Positions 27,933-37,560 of a DNA stretch of 64,000 nucleotides are shown one piece after another. The DNA is from Escherichia virus TH41, in the sequence record MT446412.1; one strand, given 5' to 3'. The notes below the pieces were generated by a model that was not told the origin of the DNA, searched no databases, and saw only the letters and a program-made list of their open reading frames with translations. The translations under genes were made by a program, and so were the position numbers. The first letter of the stretch is position 1. The number at the start of each line of letters is the position of its first letter.

Positions 27933-29066
27933 ATGGCTTATACCGTAACTATTGCTCCTTTGGCGGCTACGGCCGTTATTGGAGCAACAACCAATTTCAC
28001 TGCGACCGGTTCCGGTGCTGCAGCTGAAGGTACCGAATCATTTGTCTGGACCGTTGATGGCGTTCCTCAATCTTCTGTGACTGCTGCAATGGATTATGTT
28101 GCTGTTGGTCCAGCAGGCAGTAAGACTATTAAAGTTGTTGCAACAACTACACCAGCGGACGGCGAACCAGAAACAGCTGAAGCCGAAACAACTTTAACTA
28201 TCCAGAATAAAACAATGCCTGCTATTACATTGACTTTAGACCCGGCCTCTGTTACTAAAGAAGTGGGGCAATCTCAAGTTGTTACTGCTAACGTGACAGG
28301 CGCTCCTTCTGGTGCAACAATCGCTTATGTTTGGAAACGAAATGCCGACGTAATCCCAGGACAAACTGGTAAAACAATCACCGTCACCGAATCAGCTGAA
28401 GCAAATTATACATTGAACTGTGAAGTTACTGTTTCAGCAGCAGATTATGATAATGGCACAGCAACTGAAGGTGCTGCTGTTATCTTTGTTAAGAAAACTA
28501 TGTCAGGTGTTTCTGTAACATTAACCCCAGAATCAATTAATGTTCCGGAAGACACCCCAGCCTCTTTTAAAGCGGATGTAGTCGGCGCACCGAGTGGAGC
28601 TACTTTTGCCTATTCTTGGAAGAAAGACGGTTCTCCTGTGGTTGGCAACACGGATACTCTAGCAATCGATACAAGCGCTGAAGGTTCACAGGTTATTGAA
28701 GTTTCTGTTGTGGTTTCGGCGACTGATTATAACCCGGCGACTGTCACAAAAACTGGTAATGTAACAGTCACGGCTAAAGTCGCACCAGTTCCAGATGGTG
28801 AACTACCTTACGTTCATCCGCTGCCAGTTCGTAATTCAGCTTATATCTGGTGTGGTTGGTGGGTTATGGACGAAATTCAGAAAATGACTCTTGCTGGGCA
28901 AGACTGGAAAACTGATGCTCCAGATAGCCCGTATTATTTGCACCGATATACCCTTCAAAAAATGATTACCGACTATCCAGAGGTTGATGTACAGGAATCT
29001 CGTAATGGTCGAATTATTCATCGCACCGCTTTAGAAACTGGTATTATATACGATTACGTTTATTAA
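27933..29066 (+). CDS. hoc: Hoc-like outer capsid decoration protein with Ig-like repeats
   Basis: 377 aa (T4 Hoc 376 aa); repeated Thr/Val-rich beta-type segments (VTANVTGAPSGATIAY / KADVVGAPSGATFAY). Confidence 0.7.
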   Translation: MAYTVTIAPLAATAVIGATTNFTATGSGAAAEGTESFVWTVDGVPQSSVTAAMDYVAVGPAGSKTIKVVATTTPADGEPETAEAETTLTIQNKTMPAITLTLDPASVTKEVGQSQVVTANVTGAPSGATIAYVWKRNADVIPGQTGKTITVTESAEANYTLNCEVTVSAADYDNGTATEGAAVIFVKKTMSGVSVTLTPESINVPEDTPASFKADVVGAPSGATFAYSWKKDGSPVVGNTDTLAIDTSAEGSQVIEVSVVVSATDYNPATVTKTGNVTVTAKVAPVPDGELPYVHPLPVRNSAYIWCGWWVMDEIQKMTLAGQDWKTDAPDSPYYLHRYTLQKMITDYPEVDVQESRNGRIIHRTALETGIIYDYVY

Positions 29067-29072
29067 TTAAAA

Positions 29073-29099
29073 AGGGACCTTCGGGTCCCTTTGTTTTTA
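29073..29099 (+). terminator. Intrinsic terminator after hoc
   Basis: agggaccTTCGggtccct followed by T-run. Confidence 0.7.
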
Positions 29100-29182
29100 T
29101 GGTACTGGGCAAATGTTGCCTGGCATAAAACTCCTGTTTACAAGTTAAAAATTCTATGATAGGATAGCTTCACTAACTCAAC

Positions 29183-29386
29183 ATGAGAATCATTATGGAT
29201 AAGGTTAAAGTACATTTTCTGCATGAATCTGGTATGACATTTATTGAAATCGCCAAGGTATTAGGCGGGACTGCTAAAGAAATGGCAAAGGCCTGGGTTG
29301 ATGTAGAACAGGCCAAAGCTAAATTTAAAGCAAAAGAAAAGATTGTTTATCGTAAACGTTTGAATAACAAAAAGGTGAAGAAATGA
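29183..29386 (+). CDS. Hypothetical small protein
   Basis: 67 aa ORF; start may be the second ATG at 29195. Confidence 0.4.
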   Translation: MRIIMDKVKVHFLHESGMTFIEIAKVLGGTAKEMAKAWVDVEQAKAKFKAKEKIVYRKRLNNKKVKK

Positions 29387-29646
29387 CATTCGCAGAAGAA
29401 CTACGTCAAATCGCAAAAGAATCCCAAGATAAAGTTGCAAATGATTTTATTGCTATATTTCGCAAAGTGGCTATTGCCGCCGCCGAGAATGGCAAAGATG
29501 TTGTTAATATGGCAGTTTCTGAAAAAGAGTATGAAGAAGGAAACCGCGCAAAGATATCTGAATTTCTGCGAGCAGAAAAATTTACATCATTTACCTGGAA
29601 TTATGACTGGCAAGAAAACAAGCCAACATTGTATGTAAAATTCTGA
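29383..29646 (+). CDS. Hypothetical protein
   Basis: 87 aa ORF with start overlapping upstream stop. Confidence 0.4.
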   Translation: MTFAEELRQIAKESQDKVANDFIAIFRKVAIAAAENGKDVVNMAVSEKEYEEGNRAKISEFLRAEKFTSFTWNYDWQENKPTLYVKF

Positions 29647-29650
29647 CCTT

Positions 29651-29678
29651 TTTGCTTCAAATAAAATTGTGGTATAAT
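29651..29678 (+). promoter_or_regulatory. Middle promoter (MotA box TTTGCTTCA, 13 nt, TATAAT) upstream of rnlB
   Basis: MotA-box consensus plus -10; followed by GGTTCTAGACCCC as at 24417. Confidence 0.5.
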
Positions 29679-29776
29679 GGTTCTAGACCCCTTTGCGACT
29701 ATTAATTCCTTTCAGAGAAAGAAAGTATAGTGGGTCTAATTTATAATGATATTTATAACATCAAAAGTGAGAGATT

Positions 29777-30784
29777 ATGTTTAAGAAATACAACAGCCTT
29801 GAAAATCACTATAACAACAAGTTCATTGAAAAGATTCGCCTGCAAGGCTTCACCAGCGGTGAATGGGTAGCGCGTGAAAAGATTCATGGCACCAACTTTT
29901 CATTAATCATTGAACAAGACAATGTAACATGTGCGAAACGCACTGGACCTATCTTGCCTGCAGAAGATTTCTATGGTTATGAAATTGTATTAAAGAACTA
30001 TGCAGATTCTATTAAATCTGTGCAGAAACTTTTGCAGGATATTAATTACCAGGCATACCAGATTTATGGTGAGTTTGCCGGGGCAGGTATCCAGAAGAAT
30101 GTGGATTACGGTGATAAAGATTTTTATGTATTTGATATCCGCGTTACTAAAGAAGATGGTTTTGAATCCGTCCTGACTGATACCTTGATGGAAGCCTTCT
30201 GTATTATCCACAAGTTTAAGGTTGCTCCGCGGCTGGCTACTGGAAGTTTTGAAGACTTGATTAAGCTCCCTAATGACCTGGATTCTGTTGTCCCTGATTA
30301 CAATTTTACAGTGGATAACGCGGGTTTGACTACAGCAAATACCACTGATTTTGATGCAAAGGTGGAAGGTAAAGTATTCACTGCTGAAGGATTTGTATTA
30401 AAACCTGATGTTCCTGCATGGTTACCTAACGGTGAGCGCGTAGCGATTAAATGCAAGAACTCTAAATTCAGTGAAAAGAAAAAGTCCGATAAGCCTATTA
30501 AGGCTGCAGTGGTTCTGAGCCAAGATGATATGGATTTGCTGTGGAATTTCACTGATTATGTGACTGTTAACCGTATCAACAATGTTATCAGTAAAATTGG
30601 GGAAGTAACACCTAAGGATTTTGGAAAGGTAATGGGGTTAACAGTCCAAGATATTCTAGAAGAAGCGGGTCGTGAAGGTCTTGAATTATCCCTGACGGAA
30701 AATCCTGTTGAAGTTAAAAAGCAACTCATCGCAAATGTAAGAGAAACATTAAGACATGTTTGGATTGCATTAATTAGTGAATAA
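29777..30784 (+). CDS. rnlB: RNA ligase 2 (gp24.1)
   Basis: [20 protein letters not shown]...[11 protein letters not shown] (nucleotidyltransferase KxHG)...[21 protein letters not shown] closely matches recalled T4 Rnl2. Confidence 0.9.
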   Translation: MFKKYNSLENHYNNKFIEKIRLQGFTSGEWVAREKIHGTNFSLIIEQDNVTCAKRTGPILPAEDFYGYEIVLKNYADSIKSVQKLLQDINYQAYQIYGEFAGAGIQKNVDYGDKDFYVFDIRVTKEDGFESVLTDTLMEAFCIIHKFKVAPRLATGSFEDLIKLPNDLDSVVPDYNFTVDNAGLTTANTTDFDAKVEGKVFTAEGFVLKPDVPAWLPNGERVAIKCKNSKFSEKKKSDKPIKAAVVLSQDDMDLLWNFTDYVTVNRINNVISKIGEVTPKDFGKVMGLTVQDILEEAGREGLELSLTENPVEVKKQLIANVRETLRHVWIALISE

Positions 30785-30786
30785 AA

Positions 30787-30812
30787 AAGGGCCGTAAGGC
30801 CCTTATTCTTTT
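30787..30812. terminator. Bidirectional terminator between rnlB and gene 24 paralog
   Basis: gggccGTAAggccc with A-run upstream and T-run downstream. Confidence 0.65.
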
Positions 30813-32086
30813 TCCAGTGGCGGAAGTTTAACACCAAGATAAGAACTCAATTGGCTTTGGTTGGCCATCTTATCCATATCAGCACCATCAATAATGCGAG
30901 CTTCTTTATCGTCTTTAGCAACGGTGTAAGGGTTCGCAGTCAATGCATAACGAGCTAATAACGCAACAGTAGGCTGCAAGCTTTCAGGGTCAACAATAAC
31001 CTTGAATTCCCCTACCGAGGTATCACCCTCATCATCAACTTCGCTAAGACCTTCCGTATAAGGCGCATAATACAAAGATGCGACCGTCTGACCTTCACCC
31101 ATATCAGCATTTACACCAACAATAACATAATCACATGGACTATTCATATCTGCATAAAGAGGCAAACCGTTCTTCAGAACGCCATAGGCTAATTCATCCT
31201 GGTCTTCCTTTTTCTCAACCCAGCCAGAAGCTGCTAAAATAGCTGCACAGCGAGAAGAAGCGACTGCATATGTACCAGCAAACGAAGTCTGACGTTGAAC
31301 TGCAGAATTCATTTCACACATATAATAATACAGGGTTCGCGCCCGGTCCTGGGCGTTATCATATTTCGGGTCAGTTAGATTCAATACACCTTTTTCAGAA
31401 ACACCTTGCACCTTGAAGCGAGAACTGACAGTAATAAGGGATTGCAGTACATCCTTATTAATTTCCTCTGCCATTTGAATGCCGAGAATATTATCAATGA
31501 AATCCGTTGCATCGAAACCGTTTGCTTCCAGGTCTTGAGCAAGCTCGACAGTTAAAGAAGTTTTCAGCTTTCTGGATTTAACTTCAGTCTGCCATTTATC
31601 AATACGAAAACCAGCTTCAGCAATTTCGGGATGACCTTTTTCAAATTTATCAGTGAAAGCTGCATCTGACATCATTCTTATATGGCCCGCCGCAATGGCT
31701 TCAGAAATAACTTCGCCCAAATCAGTTTCGAGAGTCCCGGCGAATGGTGATGCTTCCAAAACTTTGAACACAACACTTTCAAACTGGAACATATCGCCGA
31801 CTGCATAAGCTTCGTCTTTGTTCGTAAATTCTGGGATATTCTTACGCTCGAACATACCAATCTGACCTGCAAATGTTGCTCCACCAAGATAAGTCATTTT
31901 ATCATCTGGGTTCAGAACACGAACACCATACAGCGCAGCAACAGGCTGAGTAGTTTTCTGTTCAGCCACGAGTGCTTTAAAAATTCGTTTATTCGTGGCC
32001 TGAGTATAAGAAAGCAAATTAGGACGGGCGACCTGGTTGGCCGCCGTTAATGTTGATTCGTGAATTAGTGCGTTAATCTTTTGCAT
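30803..32086 (-). CDS. 24: Head vertex protein gp24, divergent second copy
   Basis: 427 aa; QPVAALYGV, KSRKLKT.LTVELAQDLEANGF, EINKDVLQSLITVS, ANPYTVAKDDKEARIID shared with the adjacent copy and T4 gp24; start abuts the upstream copy's stop (TAAATG). Confidence 0.8.
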   Translation of the reverse strand: MQKINALIHESTLTAANQVARPNLLSYTQATNKRIFKALVAEQKTTQPVAALYGVRVLNPDDKMTYLGGATFAGQIGMFERKNIPEFTNKDEAYAVGDMFQFESVVFKVLEASPFAGTLETDLGEVISEAIAAGHIRMMSDAAFTDKFEKGHPEIAEAGFRIDKWQTEVKSRKLKTSLTVELAQDLEANGFDATDFIDNILGIQMAEEINKDVLQSLITVSSRFKVQGVSEKGVLNLTDPKYDNAQDRARTLYYYMCEMNSAVQRQTSFAGTYAVASSRCAAILAASGWVEKKEDQDELAYGVLKNGLPLYADMNSPCDYVIVGVNADMGEGQTVASLYYAPYTEGLSEVDDEGDTSVGEFKVIVDPESLQPTVALLARYALTANPYTVAKDDKEARIIDGADMDKMANQSQLSSYLGVKLPPLEKE

Positions 32087-33367
32087 TTACGCCTCATAAA
32101 TGATTGGCGGAAGTTTAACACCGAGCAGATAAGACATATTGCTCTGACCGGCCATTAAATCCATATTGGTTGCATCGATAATACGAGCTTCTTTATCGTC
32201 TTTAGCAACGGTGTACGGGTTAGCTGAAAGTGCATAACGAACCATCAGAGAGATAGCCGGTTGCAAACTGTCAGGGTCCACAATGACCTTAAACGCGCCC
32301 ACGTGTTCTTCATCATCTAAGTCCAGGCCTTCGGTATAAGGAGCATAGAAGATTGAGCCTACGACTTCATTTCCGCCATAATTTTCTTTAACGCCAACGG
32401 TTACATAATCTAATGGACTGTTAACATCACAGAATACAGGAAGACCATTAATCAAATAACCGTATGCTGTTTCAGGAAGCCATTGTTCATCTTCAGGTTT
32501 ATGCTTCAGCCAACCAGAACCGGCCAGCATAGCAGCAACACGGCTAGAGGCAACAACAAAGGTACCGGAATAAGATGTAGTTTTCTGAATCTCGGAGTTC
32601 ATTTCGCAAACCAGTTCGTACAGTTTACGTGCGCCTTCTGGAGCTGCATCATATGTTAAATCGATGACGCCATTGTCAGAAACCCCAGTTACTTTATAAC
32701 GCTTGGAAACGGTAATAAGAGACTGAAGAACATCTTTGTTAATTTCATCTGCCATAATAGTGGCAAGCAAGTCTTCCAGGAAAGCAGGAGCATTAAACCC
32801 ATTTGCTTCCATATCCTGAGCAAGCTCAACAGTTAATGCAGTTTTCAATTTACGTGTTTTAACCGGAGCATTCCATTTGTTAACCTGGAATACGGCATTG
32901 CTAATTTCAACATCACCGGCTTCAAATTTCTCGGTGTGCGCCGCATCAGGAACCAAACGAATGGTTAATGCAATAAGACCTTCTTGCAGAACATCGGATA
33001 ATACAGTTTCGGTAGTCGATGCAAACGGATTATCAACCAGAGCTTTATAAACGGTATTCTGAAATTTAATGTATCCGCCTTTAGCTACGGCCTGAGTTGG
33101 AGTTGTAAATTCCGGAATTGTTTCACGGTCTTTTGAACCAACTTCACCACCGTAAACGGCACCGGTTTGGAAACTGAATTCATTATCAGGAGTAAGATAT
33201 TTAACACCGTACAGAGCCGCAACTGGCTGGTTCGTACGTTGTTCAGCGATAATATCGCGGTAAATCAATTTGGTTGTAGCGCGGGTCAAAGCAACAAGAT
33301 TCGGGCGGCCCAATGAGTTGCTGGTAGTAGTAGTTGACTCGCGCAGTAATTTGTTAATCTTTGCCAT
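32087..33367 (-). CDS. 24: Head vertex protein gp24, T4-like copy
   Basis: 426 aa; N-terminus MAKINKLLRESTTTTSNSLGRPNLVALTRATTKLIY matches recalled T4 gp24 closely. Confidence 0.85.
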   Translation of the reverse strand: MAKINKLLRESTTTTSNSLGRPNLVALTRATTKLIYRDIIAEQRTNQPVAALYGVKYLTPDNEFSFQTGAVYGGEVGSKDRETIPEFTTPTQAVAKGGYIKFQNTVYKALVDNPFASTTETVLSDVLQEGLIALTIRLVPDAAHTEKFEAGDVEISNAVFQVNKWNAPVKTRKLKTALTVELAQDMEANGFNAPAFLEDLLATIMADEINKDVLQSLITVSKRYKVTGVSDNGVIDLTYDAAPEGARKLYELVCEMNSEIQKTTSYSGTFVVASSRVAAMLAGSGWLKHKPEDEQWLPETAYGYLINGLPVFCDVNSPLDYVTVGVKENYGGNEVVGSIFYAPYTEGLDLDDEEHVGAFKVIVDPDSLQPAISLMVRYALSANPYTVAKDDKEARIIDATNMDLMAGQSNMSYLLGVKLPPIIYEA

Positions 33368-33393
33368 TTGCGCTTTCCTTTTGTGATATACTT

Positions 33394-33401
33394 TATTTAT
33401 A
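33394..33401 (-). promoter_or_regulatory. Late promoter (TATAAATA on minus strand) for gene 24
   Basis: Reverse complement of tatttata, about 27 nt upstream of ATG 33367. Confidence 0.5.
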
Positions 33402-33407
33402 AAAGTT

Positions 33408-33437
33408 GTTTACAACCAGATTAAGATAAGACATAAT
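33408..33437 (+). promoter_or_regulatory. Early-type promoter (GTTTAC ... CATAAT) with duplicated leader
   Basis: Promoter plus leader cataatgattccatactgagtta, identical to 9959-9981. Confidence 0.5.
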
Positions 33438-33478
33438 GATTCCATACTGAGTTAACAAACAAAACCCTGGGGTCCAAA

Positions 33479-33760
33479 ATGAACAAAGCAACTTTCCTTC
33501 TGAACACCTTTAAAAATCTGGAAATTGAAGTTATTGCATTGGTCAACAAATACCCGAATGGTGTTAATGGTAATGCTCTGAACAAACTAGTTAAAAAATA
33601 TGAAAACTTAGCATATGACACTGATTTCTGGTGGAATGGTAATTATTCTACTCACACTAAAGATAAAAATGGTAACTGGTTGAAACTTCAAGAAAACAAT
33701 GTTAACTTCAGAGACCTCATCAAGCGCCGGGTAGAAGTTCATTTAAATGGTATGGTATGA
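33479..33760 (+). CDS. Hypothetical protein inserted between genes 24 and 23
   Basis: 93 aa ORF on the strand opposite the head genes, flanked by an early promoter and a terminator. Confidence 0.45.
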   Translation: MNKATFLLNTFKNLEIEVIALVNKYPNGVNGNALNKLVKKYENLAYDTDFWWNGNYSTHTKDKNGNWLKLQENNVNFRDLIKRRVEVHLNGMV

Positions 33761-33770
33761 AAACAAGAAA

Positions 33771-33795
33771 GGGACCTCAAGGGTCCCTTTTTATT
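33771..33795. terminator. Intrinsic terminator (hairpin plus T-run)
   Basis: gggaccTCAAgggtccc followed by TTTTTATTT. Confidence 0.65.
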
Positions 33796-33810
33796 TAACT
33801 TAATCTAGGA

Positions 33811-35370
33811 TTAAATTCCTTTAACATATACGCGGCGGAAGTAACCGTTCAAGCCGAGGCTATTAACGATGTCCGGCATACCATTCTGAATGCGCTTGGT
33901 CGGAGCCTGAGCAGCAGGGTCAGCAAACGGGTTGATACCGATACCGTAACGGGTTTTGAAGCCCATAACCGGCTGGAAGTTTTTCGGGTCAGAGCCACGC
34001 AGCGGGGTCAGTGCAACATATGGTGCGTAGTAGATACCAGCATCCATTTCGTTAGCGCCTTTGTAACCGATGGTGAAGTAATCTGCACGAGCATACTGGT
34101 CGATATAGACACGGTATTTGCCACCCAGAACACCAGCGAACACAGCTTTAGTGGTGTCAACGTTGAAACCTTTACCCAGACCCTGAGCAGCATAACTTAC
34201 AGAAGTATCAACAGCAGCCAGTACGTTAACTACGTTACGGGAAGCGATGATGAAGTTACCTGCACCACGACCGGTCTGACGAGCGATTTCAGCGGCTTCT
34301 TTATCAATCTGGAACAGTAAAGCTTTGAAGCTTTCACCAGCCCAACGAGCACCACGGATATCAATCGGGTCCTGGAAGTCAAACACACCAGCTTTAGCGC
34401 CAACGGTGTTGGTCATACCAGATTTACCAACCTGTGCGGAGTAGTTAATCCAATCGATAACTTCGCGGTTGATTTCCAGCATAATTTCGGTAGCCAGAAT
34501 ACCACTCAATTCGGCATCAGCATCCATACCGTGAACAGCGCGCAGGTCCTGTGCCAGTTCGATGGAGTAGCTTGCTTTCAGCTGACGGGATTTAGCTTCG
34601 ATAACTTGTTTGTCGATGCGGAAGCCCATTTCGTTCCACGGGTTATCAGAGGAACCGTTAAAACCTTCTTGCAGTTCGGCGATGGAGGTAGCCATACCTT
34701 CAGCCAGTTCAGCCAGCTGACCAGCTTCAACCAGAGCGGTAACAGCAGCGTCAAGTTTAGCAGCGTCAGTAGCAGCAGCATCAACAGTTACAGCTTCAAC
34801 AGCCTGGAAGTGTGCAGAACCAGTTGCTTCGAAGAAGTGAGAATAAATTTTACCAACTTCCAGAACTTTGCTTGCAGCCAGTGCTTCAAAAGTCTGAGCA
34901 GCGCCCTGACCAGAGAACATAGCGTTCGGAGCATACATCGGGTGGAAAGCTTCTTTAGCACCAGCAGCGACAGGGTCTTTACCGTAAACTGCACGCAGGG
35001 CAAATACCTGGCCAGTCGGGTTGTTCAGAGGCTGTACGCCACAAATATCAAACGCAATCAGATGCGGGATAGCACGACGAACCATACCCATAACTGCCGG
35101 CCCAATCTGAGTTACTGCACCAGAGGTCTGGCCAGCGGCGATATTGGTAGCATCATAACCATGGTCACCACCGATTTCAGCTTCGGTCAGGAAAGAACCA
35201 AATGCTTCGGAGATTTTTTCATCACGGTATTCAGGAGCGGTCAGGATATCTTGTTCCTGGTTTTCAAAGATTTTAGCGATGATAGCTTGTTTAGAAGCAC
35301 CAACGATTTCAGGAAGAGCTTCGTTTTCCAGCAGAGCGGACCATTTTTGAACTAATGCATTCTTTTTCAT
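33811..35370 (-). CDS. 23: Major capsid protein gp23
   Basis: 519 aa (T4 gp23 521 aa); N-terminal propeptide-like region and strong overall resemblance to recalled gp23. Confidence 0.9.
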   Translation of the reverse strand: MKKNALVQKWSALLENEALPEIVGASKQAIIAKIFENQEQDILTAPEYRDEKISEAFGSFLTEAEIGGDHGYDATNIAAGQTSGAVTQIGPAVMGMVRRAIPHLIAFDICGVQPLNNPTGQVFALRAVYGKDPVAAGAKEAFHPMYAPNAMFSGQGAAQTFEALAASKVLEVGKIYSHFFEATGSAHFQAVEAVTVDAAATDAAKLDAAVTALVEAGQLAELAEGMATSIAELQEGFNGSSDNPWNEMGFRIDKQVIEAKSRQLKASYSIELAQDLRAVHGMDADAELSGILATEIMLEINREVIDWINYSAQVGKSGMTNTVGAKAGVFDFQDPIDIRGARWAGESFKALLFQIDKEAAEIARQTGRGAGNFIIASRNVVNVLAAVDTSVSYAAQGLGKGFNVDTTKAVFAGVLGGKYRVYIDQYARADYFTIGYKGANEMDAGIYYAPYVALTPLRGSDPKNFQPVMGFKTRYGIGINPFADPAAQAPTKRIQNGMPDIVNSLGLNGYFRRVYVKGI

Positions 35371-35391
35371 GTGTTGTATAACCTTATTAAA

Positions 35392-36210
35392 TTAAGAAAT
35401 TCGTGATGCTGCGAGAGCAGACAAGTCCGCGAAGGACAGGGTAGGCTTGGCGCCTTTTTCTTCAACTGCTTCTGAAATGTAATTCAGTGCCGCAGCATCG
35501 TCTACATTTTTATTTATAGCGGCTTCGGTGATTGGTTTGTTGGTGGGTTCTACCTGACCTTTAACCATTTCAACGATAGCGCCAATTTTGGTACCGAATG
35601 CATCAGAGTATTCCATGCCTTCTACCAGAGAACCAACTTTTTCTTTTTGGGATTCAGTCAGGTCTTTAGTTGCTTCAGTCAACGCAACTTCACGTTGGAC
35701 ATAATTGATATAAGCATCACGCTTAGAAACTTCTTCGAACAGGCTAGCGGTTTCTTCTTTCTGTTCAGCCAGTTCTTCCTGCATTTCTGCGACAACATCG
35801 ACAGATTCTTCCGGAACAACAACGTTGTGCTCAACGAACAGTTCTTTCATGCCGGTGAACATGGATTCGAACAGGTCAGCTTTAATGCCACGGTCGACAG
35901 CCAGTTTATTTTCAGCAAGCCATTCTTTAGCAACGTGGTCCAGGAATTTAGCTGCAGATTCTTTCAGTTTTTTCTCTGCTTTTTCGTCGGATTCTTCTTT
36001 ATTCTTTTCGACTTCTTCTTCAGCTTTTTCAGCGATGGCGTGAATGTGAGATTCTGCCAGTTTGATGGCGTGTTGCTTGACGGTAGCTTCGAATACAGTG
36101 CCGAAGGTAGCTTTCGCTTCCGGGGACAAATTAACTGATTCGAAAATACTATCGAGAGCAACGGAAGCATCGATATTCTGAGCTTCAGAAATGAGTTGTT
36201 CTTTAAGCAT
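35392..36210 (-). CDS. 22: Prohead core scaffold protein gp22
   Basis: 272 aa acidic helical protein (E/K-rich) in the gp22 position. Confidence 0.75.
   Translation of the reverse strand: MLKEQLISEAQNIDASVALDSIFESVNLSPEAKATFGTVFEATVKQHAIKLAESHIHAIAEKAEEEVEKNKEESDEKAEKKLKESAAKFLDHVAKEWLAENKLAVDRGIKADLFESMFTGMKELFVEHNVVVPEESVDVVAEMQEELAEQKEETASLFEEVSKRDAYINYVQREVALTEATKDLTESQKEKVGSLVEGMEYSDAFGTKIGAIVEMVKGQVEPTNKPITEAAINKNVDDAAALNYISEAVEEKGAKPTLSFADLSALAASRIS
35511..35518 (-). promoter_or_regulatory. Late promoter for gene 23 located inside gene 22
   Basis: TATAAATA on minus strand about 140 nt upstream of the gene 23 start, as described for T4. Confidence 0.45.
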
Positions 36211-36239
36211 TTTGTAGTCCTGTTGTTAAGATATACATT

Positions 36240-36247
36240 TATTTATA
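36240..36247 (-). promoter_or_regulatory. Late promoter (minus strand) for gene 22
   Basis: TATAAATA about 30 nt upstream of ATG 36210. Confidence 0.45.
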
Positions 36248-36881
36248 ACGTCTTTAAAGCCTCTGCGAGAGCCATAAAGGCGTCATCGGCACTGGTATCG
36301 GCAACAGCCGTTTGTGATTCTGTAATCTGCTTTGGTTTGACCCAAGCGTCCGGAGCACTTGGCCCCCATACTGCGTCTACTCCAACCGTCAATTTAAAAC
36401 CTTCATTAACGATGCTATAACCTTTTGCTGATTTAGTCAGGGAACCGAGTCCACGACTAGATACGCCAGGAATCCAACCTGCTCTTATATTCGCAGCAAG
36501 TTTATCACCTGGACCATGGTCGCCTTCGATAATACGCGCGCGGCCATATACATCATTCCCTTTCCACCACATTTCCTCGATAATAATTGCTGCCTGCATA
36601 GGGTCAACGTTTGCGCGAGGTGGATGGTTTAATTCTCCAAGAGACTGCTTGGTTTCAACCTGTTCGGCGATATAGTCCGCAACGGCTTTTTCCAAAATAT
36701 GTTTAGGATAAAGTCGTTTATTACGGTTAACAACTTCAGCTTGTAGGAAAATACCTTCAATATAAAGTCCTGGCTTTAAACCGCTGCTGGAACCATCATG
36801 AGATTCCAACATCGGTACACCATCTTTAATTTCGCCCGGTTGACCCCAGTGTTCGATTAGTAACTCTGGTTTCTGTTCCAT
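36243..36881 (-). CDS. 21: Prohead core protease gp21
   Basis: 212 aa, same length as T4 gp21; conserved serine-protease-like core (NHPP, GWIPGVSSRGLGS). Confidence 0.85.
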   Translation of the reverse strand: MEQKPELLIEHWGQPGEIKDGVPMLESHDGSSSGLKPGLYIEGIFLQAEVVNRNKRLYPKHILEKAVADYIAEQVETKQSLGELNHPPRANVDPMQAAIIIEEMWWKGNDVYGRARIIEGDHGPGDKLAANIRAGWIPGVSSRGLGSLTKSAKGYSIVNEGFKLTVGVDAVWGPSAPDAWVKPKQITESQTAVADTSADDAFMALAEALKTL

Positions 36882-37309
36882 TAATCAAGTCCGAATGCTT
36901 TACGCTTAGCTCGAGCTTTTTTGCGCTTGCGCTCTGCTCTGATTTGCGTAGATGGGTTTGCTCTTTTCGTTTTAGTAGCCAGACGGGCAATTTGACGACG
37001 TTTAGCTTTAGAAAGACCAGTTGTTTGGAAAGCATTACGCTTACGAGTAGCTAGGTCTTTTGTGCGGGTTAACTCACCGCGAGACGATACATGTTTAACG
37101 ATAAATTCGTTAAGCTGAACACCTTCATTCAGAGCGCCGATAACCGTTGCTTTTTCGTATTCACCGGCTGCAAACATGTTTTCTACAATAATATTTATAT
37201 CGTCTTTTTCTAAGGCTTCAGATAATGAATCAAATTGTCCCTGAGCTTCTTCGGAAACACTTTCGATGTTTTCAAGAGTTAATTCGTAATCATCAGGGAT
37301 AATAAACAT
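36881..37309 (-). CDS. 68: Prohead core protein gp68
   Basis: 142 aa with basic C-terminus; synteny. Confidence 0.6.
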   Translation of the reverse strand: MFIIPDDYELTLENIESVSEEAQGQFDSLSEALEKDDINIIVENMFAAGEYEKATVIGALNEGVQLNEFIVKHVSSRGELTRTKDLATRKRNAFQTTGLSKAKRRQIARLATKTKRANPSTQIRAERKRKKARAKRKAFGLD

Positions 37310-37560
37310 TATTCATCGTCCTCATCATCGTCGTCGCCTTCGTCAGCGTCATCAGATTCTTTTTTGTCTTTCTTTTCTGCTTTACCGTCGTCCTTGTCTT
37401 CATCTTCTTTAGGCTCTTCGCCTTCAATCATGATGGAACGTGCAATTTCAATCTTACGTTCTTCAATCAAACTACCGCATACTGGGCCAATGTTTTCAGC
37501 AAAATATTTGCGAACGGCTACGAGGTCGTTTGATTTAATGGCTTCAAATAAATCATCCAT
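37309..37560 (-). CDS. 67: Prohead core protein gp67
   Basis: 83 aa with highly acidic C-terminus; synteny. Confidence 0.6.
   Translation of the reverse strand: MDDLFEAIKSNDLVAVRKYFAENIGPVCGSLIEERKIEIARSIMIEGEEPKEDEDKDDGKAEKKDKKESDDADEGDDDDEDDE

Noticed and set aside
29116-29150. Possible early promoter upstream of ORF 29183 (GTTTAC)
   Set aside because: No -10-like hexamer at 16-18 nt spacing; only the -35-like hexamer is convincing.
34531-35355. 274-aa + strand ORF antisense to gene 23 (major capsid protein)
   Set aside because: Ser/Phe-rich low-complexity translation inside a conserved gene on the other strand; no RBS or promoter support.
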